From Waddliaceae bacterium (GTDB taxonomy: Bacteria; Chlamydiota; Chlamydiia; Chlamydiales; GCA-2709385), in the NCBI GenBank assembly GCA_002709385.1, contig PAQS01000021.1, positions 3,387 through 67,386 on the forward strand: DNA of 64,000 nt. Direction: 5' to 3'. The stretch's first letter is position 1. Every line of letters begins with the position of its first letter. The translations under genes were made by a program, and so were the position numbers. Below the pieces are notes generated by a model. The model was not told the DNA's origin. It worked only from the letters and a program-made list of their open reading frames with translations, and searched no databases. This document shows, one piece after another, positions 48,799 to 60,600 of the stretch.

Positions 48799-50027
48799 TA
48801 TAAAATCCCCTTAATTTCTTTACCTGCGATCCAAGCACGGCTTGGACGTAAACGACCTTGTTGATAGAGAATTTCACGGTAGTCATCACAAGGAAAGGCG
48901 ATAAAGTCTGCACGCATTCCTTCACGTAAAACTCCTCTATGTTTCGACCCTAATGCCCGTGCAGCTCGCTCAGTAATAGCAGCGAGTGTTTCTGCGCAGC
49001 TCAATTTTTCAGCAGCTCCAAACAAGGCTGCTTGTGTCAATAAATCTCCCATAGGAGCACTACCAGGGTTCCAATCACTTGCAATAACCAAAGGTAAACC
49101 AAGGTCAAGAGCAAGGCGTGCTTTGCTAAAGGGCATCCCTAAACCTAAGCTAGCTCCCGGTAAAGCAACAGGAATGACTCCAGCCTCTTTCAGAGCAAGG
49201 AAGTCTTCTTCATTAGACTGTTCTAAATGATCAGCGCTCAAAGCTCCTACTTCAGCAGCAAGAAGAGAGGCTCCTCGGCTAAATTGATCTGCATGAATCG
49301 TAAGCTTGAATCCCATTTCCTTTGCTTTAAGTAAATAAGGGCGTGCTTGTTCTACGGAAAAAGCACCTTCTTCTACAAAAATATCTACTCGATTCGCTAA
49401 CTTTTCTTTCTTCACTAAAGGTAAAAGCTTCTCTAGCATTTCTTCCAGATAAGATTCAGCTGATACAAATTCAGGACCTGGCATATGGGCAGCTAAGCAA
49501 GTTGGAATTAAGTTAATGGGGCTATGCTTTTTTGCTTCTGCAATGGAACGAAGTATTTTTAATTCATCTTCTACAGATAAACCGTAACCACTTTTAACTT
49601 CACACGTACAGACTCCCCATTTAAGAGCTTCACGGCTTCGATGTACTATACCATCAACTAAGTTTGTTTCAGGAGTAGCACGGGTTTTACGGACGGTATC
49701 TAAAATTCCACCTCCCTGAGCCGCAATTTCTTGGTAACTTACTCCCTCTAAACGGAGAGCGTAATCTCTAGCTCGTGAACCCGCAAAGCAAATATGTGTA
49801 TGTACATCAATAAAACCAGGAAGTAAAACCATCGGCCTACCTAAAGAACAAAGTTCTACAGATGGATCCTGGGCTAAAGAACTGTCTCCGATTGCCTGGA
49901 TGGCTCCATTGGAAACAGAGATATATGAATCCTTAACAATGGGAAGTTGACGATCGGAAATAGGACCAGAAGACGGAATTTGGTCCATTGTGAGAATTTG
50001 TGAAAATGGCCCAATTACAAGTGTCAT
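48798..50027 (-). CDS. hutI: Imidazolonepropionase
   Basis: PGFIDVHTH, GGGILDTV, EVKSGYGL, HADQF, ADHLE, SDWNPGS; start placed at MTLVIGP. Confidence 0.95.
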   Translation of the reverse strand: MTLVIGPFSQILTMDQIPSSGPISDRQLPIVKDSYISVSNGAIQAIGDSSLAQDPSVELCSLGRPMVLLPGFIDVHTHICFAGSRARDYALRLEGVSYQEIAAQGGGILDTVRKTRATPETNLVDGIVHRSREALKWGVCTCEVKSGYGLSVEDELKILRSIAEAKKHSPINLIPTCLAAHMPGPEFVSAESYLEEMLEKLLPLVKKEKLANRVDIFVEEGAFSVEQARPYLLKAKEMGFKLTIHADQFSRGASLLAAEVGALSADHLEQSNEEDFLALKEAGVIPVALPGASLGLGMPFSKARLALDLGLPLVIASDWNPGSAPMGDLLTQAALFGAAEKLSCAETLAAITERAARALGSKHRGVLREGMRADFIAFPCDDYREILYQQGRLRPSRAWIAGKEIKGIL

Positions 50028-50072
50028 ATATAAAATCCTTTTTAGGCTCAAATATATAACACAGGGGGCTTT

Positions 50073-50438
50073 TTAGCGAGCGTGTTTGATCAATGAGTGA
50101 ATCAATGTGCGTACTTGCGCTCTTTGATCTAAGCCCATATCTTTCATCTGCTGATCAAGCATAGCAAGAGATTCCGCATCTTCTTTATTCACATCCTTCG
50201 CATGAATCAAAAGAAACTCTTCAATCGCTTCAATCGCAGTTTCTCGACTTGTCCCAGGCTGTTCACCAAGAAACCATAATGTCCACCAAGGCTGCTTAGG
50301 AGTTAAATCCACAGTAGCAGAAAGCTGGTCGTCATCATCACGAACTTCAAGAAACTGATACCACTCACGGCGACTCTTATGAGCTAGTTTATGCAACCTA
50401 CGATGAAATCGTTTAGGACGGTAATGATGCATTTCCAT
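50073..50438 (-). CDS. Hypothetical protein (121 aa) with His-rich N-terminus
   Basis: GGGAGG RBS; MEMHHYRPKRFHRRLHKLAHK. Confidence 0.75.
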   Translation of the reverse strand: MEMHHYRPKRFHRRLHKLAHKSRREWYQFLEVRDDDDQLSATVDLTPKQPWWTLWFLGEQPGTSRETAIEAIEEFLLIHAKDVNKEDAESLAMLDQQMKDMGLDQRAQVRTLIHSLIKHAR

Positions 50439-50541
50439 TAATAGTCCTCCCTTGCAAAAACTTAACAAACTAAATTTTAGCTAATTACGTAAAACATATA
50501 ACTAATACTACATAAAAAATCATTAAAATTCAAAATTTGTT

Positions 50542-52104
50542 TTATTGGCTTAGTACCTTTGCTGAAGTAATTGATGCTCGAATTGTTTCACTTAATATTC
50601 TTGTGTTAGAAAACGGTCCTAATTGTGTGCTTACTGCTCGAATATCGTTAGCATTCATTTTGCTTCCAATTTTAAAAACTTGTATGGATTGAGATCGCCC
50701 TGCGGGATTAAGAACTTCCACTTGAATATGTACATCTTTCACGCTTACGACGCTTTGGTTTTGTACTTCTAATATCAGGTGATTAGTGTTATCTAGCCCT
50801 GCCTTTAGTTGTAAGTACTTTTCTGGTACATGGGGAATTTCCATTCTAGCTAGCCATCTGGTAGCTTTTTGTCCGGTATTTGTATTTGCATTACTCGCAA
50901 TGGCAAAGTTTTTTTGTGCTTCTGCAGAGTTTCCTTCATCAACAGCAAGGCGGCCTAGAGCGTAATAGGCATCTGCTGTTGGTAAAAGAGTAATGCTTTT
51001 ATTTAAATCAGCTCTAGAATGTGATAAATTCCCTAACTGACGATGGATCAATCCTCGTTGTAAATAAAAGTCATAGTAGTGGGGATTATAGCTTAGTGCA
51101 CGATCGAGTGAAAAGAGAGCTCCTTGGTAATCAGATAAAACACCTTTAATTTTTCCTGCTAGACCATGAAAGAGAGCTTCTTGAGGATGTAATTGAAGTG
51201 CTTGCTCTGTGATTTGTAAAGCTCTTCTAGGATTATTTTCACTCAAGGTAGTTTGTGCCTTATCATAGAGTTGGTAGGCTCCTTCTGAATGACGTAGACG
51301 AGCTATTTTTCGTTTGTAGGTATCTTGAGCTATTTTTCCTCCCTTAGGAAATGTCTCTGCATAAAGTTTATTGGCTTCTAGTCGTTCTTTTGATGGAGGA
51401 TGCGAGGCAAAAAGCCCTTCCAACCAACCAGGAGATCGTCCTGACGAAAGATGAATAAAAGTTTCTTGGAGTTTTACTGCAGCAAAGGGGTCGTAACCAG
51501 CGCGTACCATGTACTCTATTCCATAGCGGTCAGCCTCTAACTCAGCAGCACGGCTATAGGTTTGGCTAAGTAAAATAGTACCCAATTTGCTTGTAGATAA
51601 AATGACCCCGGAATGCATATTTTCACGAGTAATAGATTCCAAACTAAATAAACCTGCCCGCAAAATCATTTGCCGCTCAAGCGCTTTTGCACTGTGTCTT
51701 GCAGCAGCATGTACAATTTCATGAGATAAAACAGCAGCTAGCTCAGCTTCGCTGTTGAGTTCTAAAAGTAGACCTCGATTGATTCCAATTTTCCCGCCAG
51801 GTAAAGCCCATGCATTTGGAGTTGAGGAATTAATAATAGTAATTGAGTAAGGAAGATTCGGGCGCTCACTTACAGAAATTAAGCTAGCAGTCACCTCCTT
51901 AATATAAGACAAAAGAGCTGGGTCATCCAGATACTCCCCACCCTCTATTTGTTGTAGAGGGAGGTAGCTGTCTTGGCCCATTTGAATCTCTTTTTCTTCT
52001 GAAACAAACTGAAATTCGCGTTTGCCTGTAACCATATTGGTGCCGCATGCTGAGTGCAGTAAGAGCACAGCAGTAAGCAAGCAGGCATGCTTGAAGAAGT
52101 TCAT
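50542..52104 (-). CDS. M48-family metalloprotease lipoprotein with TPRs (BepA-like)
   Basis: Lipobox HSAC, PNAWALPGG, HEIVH, ELEAD, SHP, TPR region. Confidence 0.9.
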   Translation of the reverse strand: MNFFKHACLLTAVLLLHSACGTNMVTGKREFQFVSEEKEIQMGQDSYLPLQQIEGGEYLDDPALLSYIKEVTASLISVSERPNLPYSITIINSSTPNAWALPGGKIGINRGLLLELNSEAELAAVLSHEIVHAAARHSAKALERQMILRAGLFSLESITRENMHSGVILSTSKLGTILLSQTYSRAAELEADRYGIEYMVRAGYDPFAAVKLQETFIHLSSGRSPGWLEGLFASHPPSKERLEANKLYAETFPKGGKIAQDTYKRKIARLRHSEGAYQLYDKAQTTLSENNPRRALQITEQALQLHPQEALFHGLAGKIKGVLSDYQGALFSLDRALSYNPHYYDFYLQRGLIHRQLGNLSHSRADLNKSITLLPTADAYYALGRLAVDEGNSAEAQKNFAIASNANTNTGQKATRWLARMEIPHVPEKYLQLKAGLDNTNHLILEVQNQSVVSVKDVHIQVEVLNPAGRSQSIQVFKIGSKMNANDIRAVSTQLGPFSNTRILSETIRASITSAKVLSQ

Positions 52105-52116
52105 TTTGACTCCTTC

Positions 52117-52659
52117 TTATAAAAGATCAGAAGCTAGCTCATCGCCCATTTCTGAGCGAGCTTGGGCAATCATCTCTTCATAGCTTTGCTTTCCATTTCC
52201 TATTTGTTCAATGATAGGAGCAAAATTTGTGGTTTGCTTTGCTATTGCTTCGATAAGAGCAGGAATTGTTGAAGATCCATCTTCTTTATCAGTGAGAACT
52301 AAACTATAACGAAAGAACATGTGCATGGTAGTTTCGTCAATGGAAAAACCATTAAAAAAACAAATTTTATTGAGAATGCACATGAGGCGTCGGGCTGAAT
52401 CTATTGTGATGCTGTCGAGTTCGATAGGAAAAATCAGCATCATTTGTAAAAGGTCGAAACAGTCACTACTTTCGAATGCTCCAGGAACTAAATCTGACCC
52501 TTGTAAGATGAGGCGTAAATGAAGGGGCTTTCCATTCATTGTTTCTTTTATAGAGACTTCAGCTTGATAAGATGGGTGATCAGGTGAAGGTTGAATCAAT
52601 GAACATTGCCAATCTGTTTTATCTAATATTTCTTTTATTTTTTGGTATGATTGTCTCAT
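52117..52659 (-). CDS. YbjN / T3S chaperone-like protein
   Basis: Acidic 180-aa protein; RLMCILNK...GFSIDE..HMFFRY pattern. Confidence 0.6.
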   Translation of the reverse strand: MRQSYQKIKEILDKTDWQCSLIQPSPDHPSYQAEVSIKETMNGKPLHLRLILQGSDLVPGAFESSDCFDLLQMMLIFPIELDSITIDSARRLMCILNKICFFNGFSIDETTMHMFFRYSLVLTDKEDGSSTIPALIEAIAKQTTNFAPIIEQIGNGKQSYEEMIAQARSEMGDELASDLL

Positions 52660-52813
52660 TTTATAGCCTTTATTATGTTTACCAAATTATGGGTATACAC
52701 TTTGCATAACATAAAAATGCTGGAAATAAAAGAGCTTTAGTGATCTGTTTTTCTATTTTTAATCTTGGACCCTGTATACTGTTGAGTCCAATAAAAGATT
52801 AAAGGGGTTTTGA

Positions 52814-54619
52814 ATGATTCAATTTGAAGAGGTAAGCAAACAGTTTGGTGCACAAATTCTACTTGATCAGACTTCGTTCACGATTCATAAGGGTGAGCGT
52901 TGTGGGCTCCTTGGTCGAAATGGACACGGAAAAACAACATTATTACGTCTTTTAAGCGGAGAAGATGAAGCTGATGCTGGAGATATCCGTTTACCACGCC
53001 AATATCGCATAGGCTATCTAAAGCAGCACCTAGAATTTTCTAAAGAGAGTGTTTTAGAAGAAGTAATGCAGGCTCTTCCAAAGGAACAACAAGAAGAGAA
53101 TTATCGTGCAGAGAGAGTTTTGTCTGGTCTCGGAATGAGTGACGAAATGATTCATGGTTCTGTAAATGCTCTTTCTGGAGGATATCAATTACGTGTTCAT
53201 TTAGCTAAAATTTTGGTTTCTGATGTAGATCTTTTACTTTTAGATGAACCTACAAACTACCTTGATTTGCCAGCTATTCGTTGGTTGTCTCGTTTTCTAC
53301 AACGTTGGCAAGGGGAAATGTTGCTGATTTCTCACGATAGGGACTTTGTTGACCAGGTATGTACACATATATTGGGAATTCACCGGCAGAAAGTTTGGAA
53401 ACTTAAAGGAACAACAGAAAAGTATTATCAATATTTATTGGAAACAGAAGAGCTCCATGAGAAAACGCGTGAAAATTTAGATAAGAAACGTGCTCACCTT
53501 CAGAGTTTTGTAGACCGTTTTGGAGCTAAAAGCAGTAAGGCAACTCAGGCTAAATCCAAAGCAAAAGCGTTAGAGCGTATGGGGTCTTTGGAAAAACTCG
53601 CTCATATAGATAACTTAGATTTTTCCTTTAAGCATGAAGAGTTTCCTGGGCAAGTGATGTTACAGGCCAATCATGTAGCTTTTGCGTATGAGGGACAAGA
53701 TAGGCTTGTTGAAGATCTGCATTTAGCCATCGAGAAAAAAGAAAGAATGGCGATTATTGGTAAGAATGGACGGGGGAAATCGACGATACTACGTTTGCTT
53801 GCAGGAGACCTATCGCCAAAATCGGGTTTGATTAAATCAGCAGACAAATTACGTATTGGTTATTTCGGACAAACAAATATTGATAGGCTTTGTGCAGATT
53901 CAAGTGTTGAAGAAGAAATTGCAGCAGCAAACCCAGATCTAAGCCGAACAGAAGTTAGAGGCATCTGCGGCTTGATGTTTTTCGATGGAGATAAAGCGGA
54001 AAAGAAAGTATCCGTACTCTCTGGTGGCGAACGAAGCCGGGTTTTACTAGGAAAAATTCTCGCATCTTCAGTAAACCTACTTCTTCTCGATGAACCTACC
54101 AACCACCTGGATATGGAATCTATTGAAGCCTTAATTGAAGCTTTAGAGCATTTTCCAGGAGCAGTTATTTTAGTGACACACAGTGAATTAATGTTGCGTC
54201 GCTTAGCGAAAAAACTGTTGCTTTGTAAGCATGAAGACCAAAAAGTTTTTGTAGGCTCTTACGATGACTTTCTGGAAAAAATTGGTTGGGATGATGGCGA
54301 GGAGCGTTCATCTAAAAAAGCAAAATCAGATAGTAAGCAAGATCGAAGAACTCGAGCTGAAATGGTACAGCAACGTTCAAGAGTTTTAAAACCTCTTCAA
54401 AGAAAAATGGATAAGCTAGAAGAAACAATCATAAAACAAGAAGAAAAGCTGAGTGCCTACGAAGAAGAAATGGTTCAAGCGGCTACTGATGGTGAAGGGG
54501 AAAAGCTACAAAAATTATCCATCAAGATTGATGCTCAGCGTAATTTAATTGAAGAGCAATATAGTGAATTGGAAAAACTAGCAGATGAGCTACATGAAAA
54601 AGAACAGGAATTTTCTTAA
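52814..54619 (+). CDS. ABC-F family ATP-binding protein
   Basis: Two nucleotide-binding domains (GRNGHGKT/LSGG/DEPTNYLD; GKNGRGKS/LSGGE/DEPTNHLD), no TM segments, coiled-coil tail. Confidence 0.95.
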   Translation: MIQFEEVSKQFGAQILLDQTSFTIHKGERCGLLGRNGHGKTTLLRLLSGEDEADAGDIRLPRQYRIGYLKQHLEFSKESVLEEVMQALPKEQQEENYRAERVLSGLGMSDEMIHGSVNALSGGYQLRVHLAKILVSDVDLLLLDEPTNYLDLPAIRWLSRFLQRWQGEMLLISHDRDFVDQVCTHILGIHRQKVWKLKGTTEKYYQYLLETEELHEKTRENLDKKRAHLQSFVDRFGAKSSKATQAKSKAKALERMGSLEKLAHIDNLDFSFKHEEFPGQVMLQANHVAFAYEGQDRLVEDLHLAIEKKERMAIIGKNGRGKSTILRLLAGDLSPKSGLIKSADKLRIGYFGQTNIDRLCADSSVEEEIAAANPDLSRTEVRGICGLMFFDGDKAEKKVSVLSGGERSRVLLGKILASSVNLLLLDEPTNHLDMESIEALIEALEHFPGAVILVTHSELMLRRLAKKLLLCKHEDQKVFVGSYDDFLEKIGWDDGEERSSKKAKSDSKQDRRTRAEMVQQRSRVLKPLQRKMDKLEETIIKQEEKLSAYEEEMVQAATDGEGEKLQKLSIKIDAQRNLIEEQYSELEKLADELHEKEQEFS

Positions 54620-54656
54620 TCTTCTGTAAGCTTCAAGGCGCTTCAGAGAGGAGATA

Positions 54657-57600
54657 TTAGCTGGATAAAAAATCATATAAAAAATCATGAATAGAGGTGT
54701 TTTTATCTTCCTCGATCCAGGATTTAAAATGACTTAAGTTTTCTTGGCTTAGATTTTTAAAAAAGTTAAAAAGATCTATTTTTTCTTGTTTACTGTAGTC
54801 AGTGTATCCTAAAAAAAGCTTTGCCCCTACTATTCTTTCACGTAAGTTTGGGGAATCTTCTAAATTAGGTGCTTGATAGCCTTTTAAAACAGGTATGGTC
54901 CCTTGGCCAGTACGAGCTCCATTGAGGATTTGATAGACTGCCATAGGGGTTTGGCTTTTTAATTTTTTCTGTTTATTTATATATTCACTAATCACCCATT
55001 CATAGTCTGATTGGCTAATAACAATTACATCTTGACCACATATAAAAATTCCGCCGATAGCTTCACCTATGGGGAAGTCAATTCTTTGACGAATTCTCTT
55101 TAGAGATTTGCTTTCTCTAATAGAATTATCGGCTAAAACAAAATTTTTGAGGAAAGTGTCATCGTTGGAATCAAGTGAAGAGACAATAAGGCTGCCATCA
55201 AAAAAAGGTTGCCAAAAGGAATAAAAAGCATAATCTTCTTCGCCTAACTTATCTGAAGTGGCCAAATGATGCTGCTGTAATTGAGTTTGTTGTTGGGTAT
55301 TTTGTTGGGTATTTTGTTGGGTATTAATCTGAACACTCTGTTGTACTTGAGCATGGGAGCTAGCGATACTTTCTCCGTTATTTGGTACTTTACTTGGAAG
55401 CTGTTTTTTGTACCTTTCAATTTTATCATTAAAATGCTTTCGTTCTTGTATTAGTTCTTGTTTGATGTTTTTAAGCTCTATCTCAAATTTAGTAATTCTC
55501 TTATTCAAAATAGAAGAATCTAGGTATTTTCCTTTTTCTATTTCCCATTTCTTTTTTACGTTTTTAAGTTTGAGAATTTCGTTTTCATAAATGGAGTTCA
55601 TGTAGCTTTGTGTATCTTCGAGTTGACTAACATTGTAATCGTTAAGAAAATCAAGATCTTGTGATTCGATGAAAATATCTTCTGTGCAATAACTTAAACT
55701 TTGTTCTAGTAAAGTATGCATTAAGAGTTCTTTTGAATTGCTTGGAGCCCAGTATTCAGGGGTGTTTTCTTCAGAAAAAGGCGATTCAAGAAGGGTACGA
55801 AGGCGTTTTTTCGTTAAACAACTTGCCCGTAAGCAAGCTTCTTTTAGATTTAGGCTAGCTTTTTCTTCTAAAGAACGCATTTTTATATCTTGAATCAGAT
55901 GAAGGGAATTGATCTCTTCATCTTTTTTGAGATTAGGGTGTGTTTCACGTATACGTTCAGCTAAAGATTCTGGGATAAGAAAATTTACTTTATGCTCACG
56001 ACCTAATCCTCTGCATCGCCATAAGCCTTGCATAAGGCGAGATGTGTTGGTAGCAGGTCCTGCGATATATACAGCTTCTCCAGGAGGTATCATATAATCA
56101 GTGCCGATAATATCAGCGTTCCCATAAACATATATAATTTTTTTACGTAAAGACATGTCTTCTTTTAATCGATTTTTTAAATGTTCATCCTGAATGCGCT
56201 GAGGTTTATCTTTATCAATTTCCCAAAGCATTGTGTAGCCAGATATTGGGTCAACAAATACGTAAGGAAACTGTGAACATTTAGGAGATTGGCGTAGTCT
56301 TTCTATCAAAGTACTTGTATCCATAAGAGCCATACCTTCATTAATGACAGCCCTTACAGCTTTTGAAGAAATAGCTTCTTCAATTTTTTCTAAAATATCA
56401 TCAGAGGATGAGGCGGTACTGACTTTGGCTTCCATTTTTTGAAGGTGAAGAAAAGTTTCTCCTTCTACAGTTTTGGCAGTATTTTGCGCTTCTCCTGGTC
56501 GTTTTGGCAATAGCGCTCGGTCTAAGGTTCCTGTCATACCTCCAGCATTTTCTAGAAACTCTTGTGTATTAAATACAGCCTGTTTACGAAATTTTCCGAT
56601 CAGCTGAGTATTTAACACTTCATGTCTTAGAATTTTCAAGCGATATTTGCTATTTTCAGGAAGGTTTAAAAACTCAATAAAAGTAATGTTGTAATGGTTA
56701 GCACCTTCATAGATTTCATGGTAAAGGCTTGGTTTTGTTTCTCTTAAATGTTTGAGAGCTCGATTGAGGAATGCATGATCTTTTAATTGGCATGCATAAA
56801 TCCAGTAGTGATTAAAAATGACATCATATTCACTTCCGAAAATTTTTCCTGCTTTGTCTTTTCCAGAGGCTTGAGGGCCCACCGTAAATCCATCAGATTC
56901 TTTAATATCTACATCAATACCTGCAGTAGAAGATAGAACGTTTGGAGCAACTTCTATCATGCGTTTAATTGCTGTGATTGTAGTTACCTGTGAAATTTGA
57001 CGTTGTATTTCTGTATATTCTTCTAAATAGTGTTCTTTCAAGAAGGCAAGGGCTTTGTTTATATGGGAATTTTTTTCTTTTGCAGCTAAAGCATAATACC
57101 AGAAATCTTTGAGTAATTTATCGTTTGCTTTTTCTTTACCCTTTTTTTCTATAAATAAAGATAGATGCCCCATGAATTCTTCTCGGGATTGTTGAGATCT
57201 AGTAGGGTAGCCCTCAGGAATTTCAACAATACTGTTATCATCAGACTTTTCGCATAGATACCGAAGAACTTTTTCGCGATTTTTACAGGGGATTTCAGAA
57301 GAATTTGTATTGAACCATTCTTCTGCCAAAGACTTCAAGATTGTTTCTTTTATGTAAGAAGGCTTATAGGTTGAGTAGTCTCTGGAAGCCATTTTTTTCT
57401 TAAGCTCTAGTAAAACAGGCGATTGACTCTTGTTTAATACAGAGAATAGTTGTTCAGCAGCTTTCAAAATTATAGGGTTAAGTTGGTGTGGACCATCTAT
57501 TCCTAAATTGTCTTCGTTACGTACGTTTGCGATATCGTCAACTTCATCAATTTCTTTTTGTGTTTGAAAACCAAAATACTCTTCATTTCCTTCAAGTAAT

Positions 57601-60600
57601 GATCGTATTTTTACAAGATAATGACGTTTTAAGCGTAGCTCTCTCAACTCTTGAAAAACTTTAGGATTATCTAATTTTTGCCATGTATTTTTTGTGATTT
57701 CTTTTTCTTTTAGAAAGGTTTCCGTTTCTCTAATATCTTGTAAAAGCCGATGCTCAATAGAAGCAAAATCATGAAGAGTTGTAACAATATAAGCACCATC
57801 TTGTTTAGCTTGTAAAAGACGTACGTAGTCTTCAGCTAATGTTGCAGCACTATGGGAAGCATTAAAATCGAAATGAAAAAGAACGGCAGCTTCTTCGAGC
57901 ATCATTCGTGTTGTATGATCCAATTTTAAAAAATGCTCGACAATTACCTCATCTTTTAAAATTCCTACTGGTAGAGTTCCTTTTTCAGCAAGTAGTAGAA
58001 GAAGTAAAGGAAGAATAAAAGATGTCTTTCCTAAGCCCATACGAAGCTCATACCACTGGCTTGGATCTTTTTCCATACTTCGTATCATTTGAACTTGTTC
58101 TTTTCTTAAAATCTTTCCAGAGCGACATTCAGCAACAAGAAATTTTCTTGTAAATCTGGGAGAGTCCAGTATCGTAGAGTTTTGTGTAAAATAACGGTCT
58201 CTTTCTGAAAATCGCTTGTATTCAGATAAGAAAGTGTTTTGTAAGCGTTGAATTTCTTCTTCTGAAATGAATTCTTTTTTCTGTGTTAAAACTTCTAGGT
58301 CTTTCAGGTGATTCCTTAGATCATGGTCAAAGGCTTTCGCCTCTATTGTCATAATGAGATATTCTGTAATGAGAGCTTCTAATTCTTCTTGCTGTTTTAA
58401 TTCTCCTCTCTGATAAGCATTGAGGACTTGGTTTAAAACCTGCTCTTCTTCAATAGCAACACCAGGTTTTAAAAGTTCTTGAAGATTAAGAGGTAGAATT
58501 TTTTTTATTTCGGGGGAGAATGCCTTAAGTTTTTGGAGTATCTTTTCATGTTTTATCTGTGCTTTATGAAAGGCATGGAGAACATCTTTATTTAGTGCTT
58601 TTTCTAGTTTTTCAATATCAGGAAAAGGGCCTCTTTGTTTTTCTTGAACTTGGTCCAGTTTAGCTTCAGCATGCCGAATCCCTTCTATAATGAGCATATT
58701 TTCATTTTCTTCCATTGAAGACAAAACACTCTCTTCTTTTGAACATGGATTTTCAAAAGATTGGGTCAGTTTTTTAGCTATTGATTGATAGCTGTTTAAG
58801 TGAACGATTTCAGGTGAAGCACTAAAATCTAGAACTTTGTCTAATGACCTTTTATAGGGTAAATGAATAGGAAGAGCATCTTTTTCTGTACTTTCCCATT
58901 GGTCTGGAAGCCTTTTTTCTCTTAATGTTTTTTCTAAAGATACGGCTCGTTCAGATATGGTCTGCAGACGTGTTTCTTTCAATAAATTCACATGATATTG
59001 GCTTTCTAGAAAACTCAGAAAGCTTTCTAGAGAATCAATATTTAGGGTATTCACCATTTGAAAAATTTCGTGTTTATTCTCTTCCCATAGCTCTTTGATT
59101 ACAGGACCAGATATGTAAGGAGACTCTTCAATTGCTTTGTCTAAATTCTCAAGATTCAGCTTTTGCTTTTCGTTAAAAAGATGATCAAAAGATTTGCTTA
59201 TGTCTTCTTGAGTTAGATCTTCTAGATCTATTTCCGAAAAAGAATTCTGTTCTATAATTTCGCTAAAAATTTCAGAAAGATCACTTGTATTGATATTGAA
59301 AAAAGATGAAGCTTTGATTTTTTGCGGAATACAATAGTCCCATAATGACCTTAGCACTATACCAGGAAAAGACTTTGGAATAAGCCATCTTTTACGGTTT
59401 AAGATGGAAAGATCAAGTTTATGTTTTTTTCGTTCATGAGGGGAGATTCTGGATAAAGCTAAGAGCATTTTTCTTGCTTGATCTGTTTGCTGTAAAGTAC
59501 TGACTTCTTGAAGTGAATTTTTGATGATGTCTAGTGTATGTTTTAAGTTGGGAGAAGTTTCAAGGTTTGGGGCTTGGTAGTTATGAATAGGACCCATCAA
59601 CGATACAAGGTCTTTTTCTTCTATTTCTTTATCAATAATATAGTTCCAGAGAACAAAAAACTGTCCCATTAAAAGATCAGGATTAGCATAAGCTAGCTGA
59701 TTGATAAGTTCTTCCGGGTTTTTATGAAGAGGTTTCATTCTAGCTAATAAAATATTTGGTAGTGTTTTTATTAGTAAAGAGTTGGGAGAGTTCGTTTTTA
59801 GAGTGTTTTTTTCTTTTGGAATATCGTTTATTGGATCAAAAGAAGATTTTAGTATTTGCAAGCCTTCTCTACAGATATAATCCATACTTTCAATTTCATC
59901 AGATGTAAATTCTTCTTTCCATGTCTTTTGTTTATCCATGTAAGAAAAATTCTGATAGTCTTTGATAAGTTGAGCAATTTTTTGCGAATAGATGAAAAAT
60001 TCATTTGTGTTCTCTTGAGAAAATTCATGAATACCTTGTCTACTCAAGATCATACGACGAGAGGATAAGAGAAGCTGAATCTTGTTCTTTCTGGCTTTTT
60101 GAGAGTTTTCAGGAAGGTGAAGAAGAAGTTGCCAACAGTGTTCTACATTAATTAAATCAAGATTAGATTTGATGGGACAGTTTTCTGCCATTCGCAAGAG
60201 TTTTATAGCATTGTTATAGTTATGCCTTAAAGAGGCATGGTAGGCTAAATAGAGATAAGCTGAAGAGTCTCCTTCTTGAATGCCATCTTTCTGAACAGTA
60301 ATATTTAAAGGAGAGATACTTTCTTCGTTTTCTACATTTAAAAACTTCCATTTTTCTTGGCGATAAGGTGTTTCTCCTTTGATTTTATGTGGCCAGAGAA
60401 TCAGTTTAGTCTCTTCTTTTTCTTCATTATAAAGTGTAAGGCCTACTTGTCCTATATGAGCTCCTATATCAGAAATTAAATTGTCTACACTAGGGCTACC
60501 TGTTCTTAATTTTGTTTTCCAGATCCAGCCATCATATTCACCACCTTGTACTTTCCAGGACTTATTTTTTTGTTTAAGTAATGTGATATTGTCGTCAATT

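Noticed and set aside
52691..52707. GG-N10-GC sigma54-like site upstream of the ABC-F gene
   Set aside because: Only a partial consensus match, and a TATACT -10 lies closer to the gene; cannot be supported without TSS data.
55290..55325. Direct repeats as a possible CRISPR array
   Set aside because: 12-bp contiguous in-frame coding repeats without spacers; no cas genes in the window.
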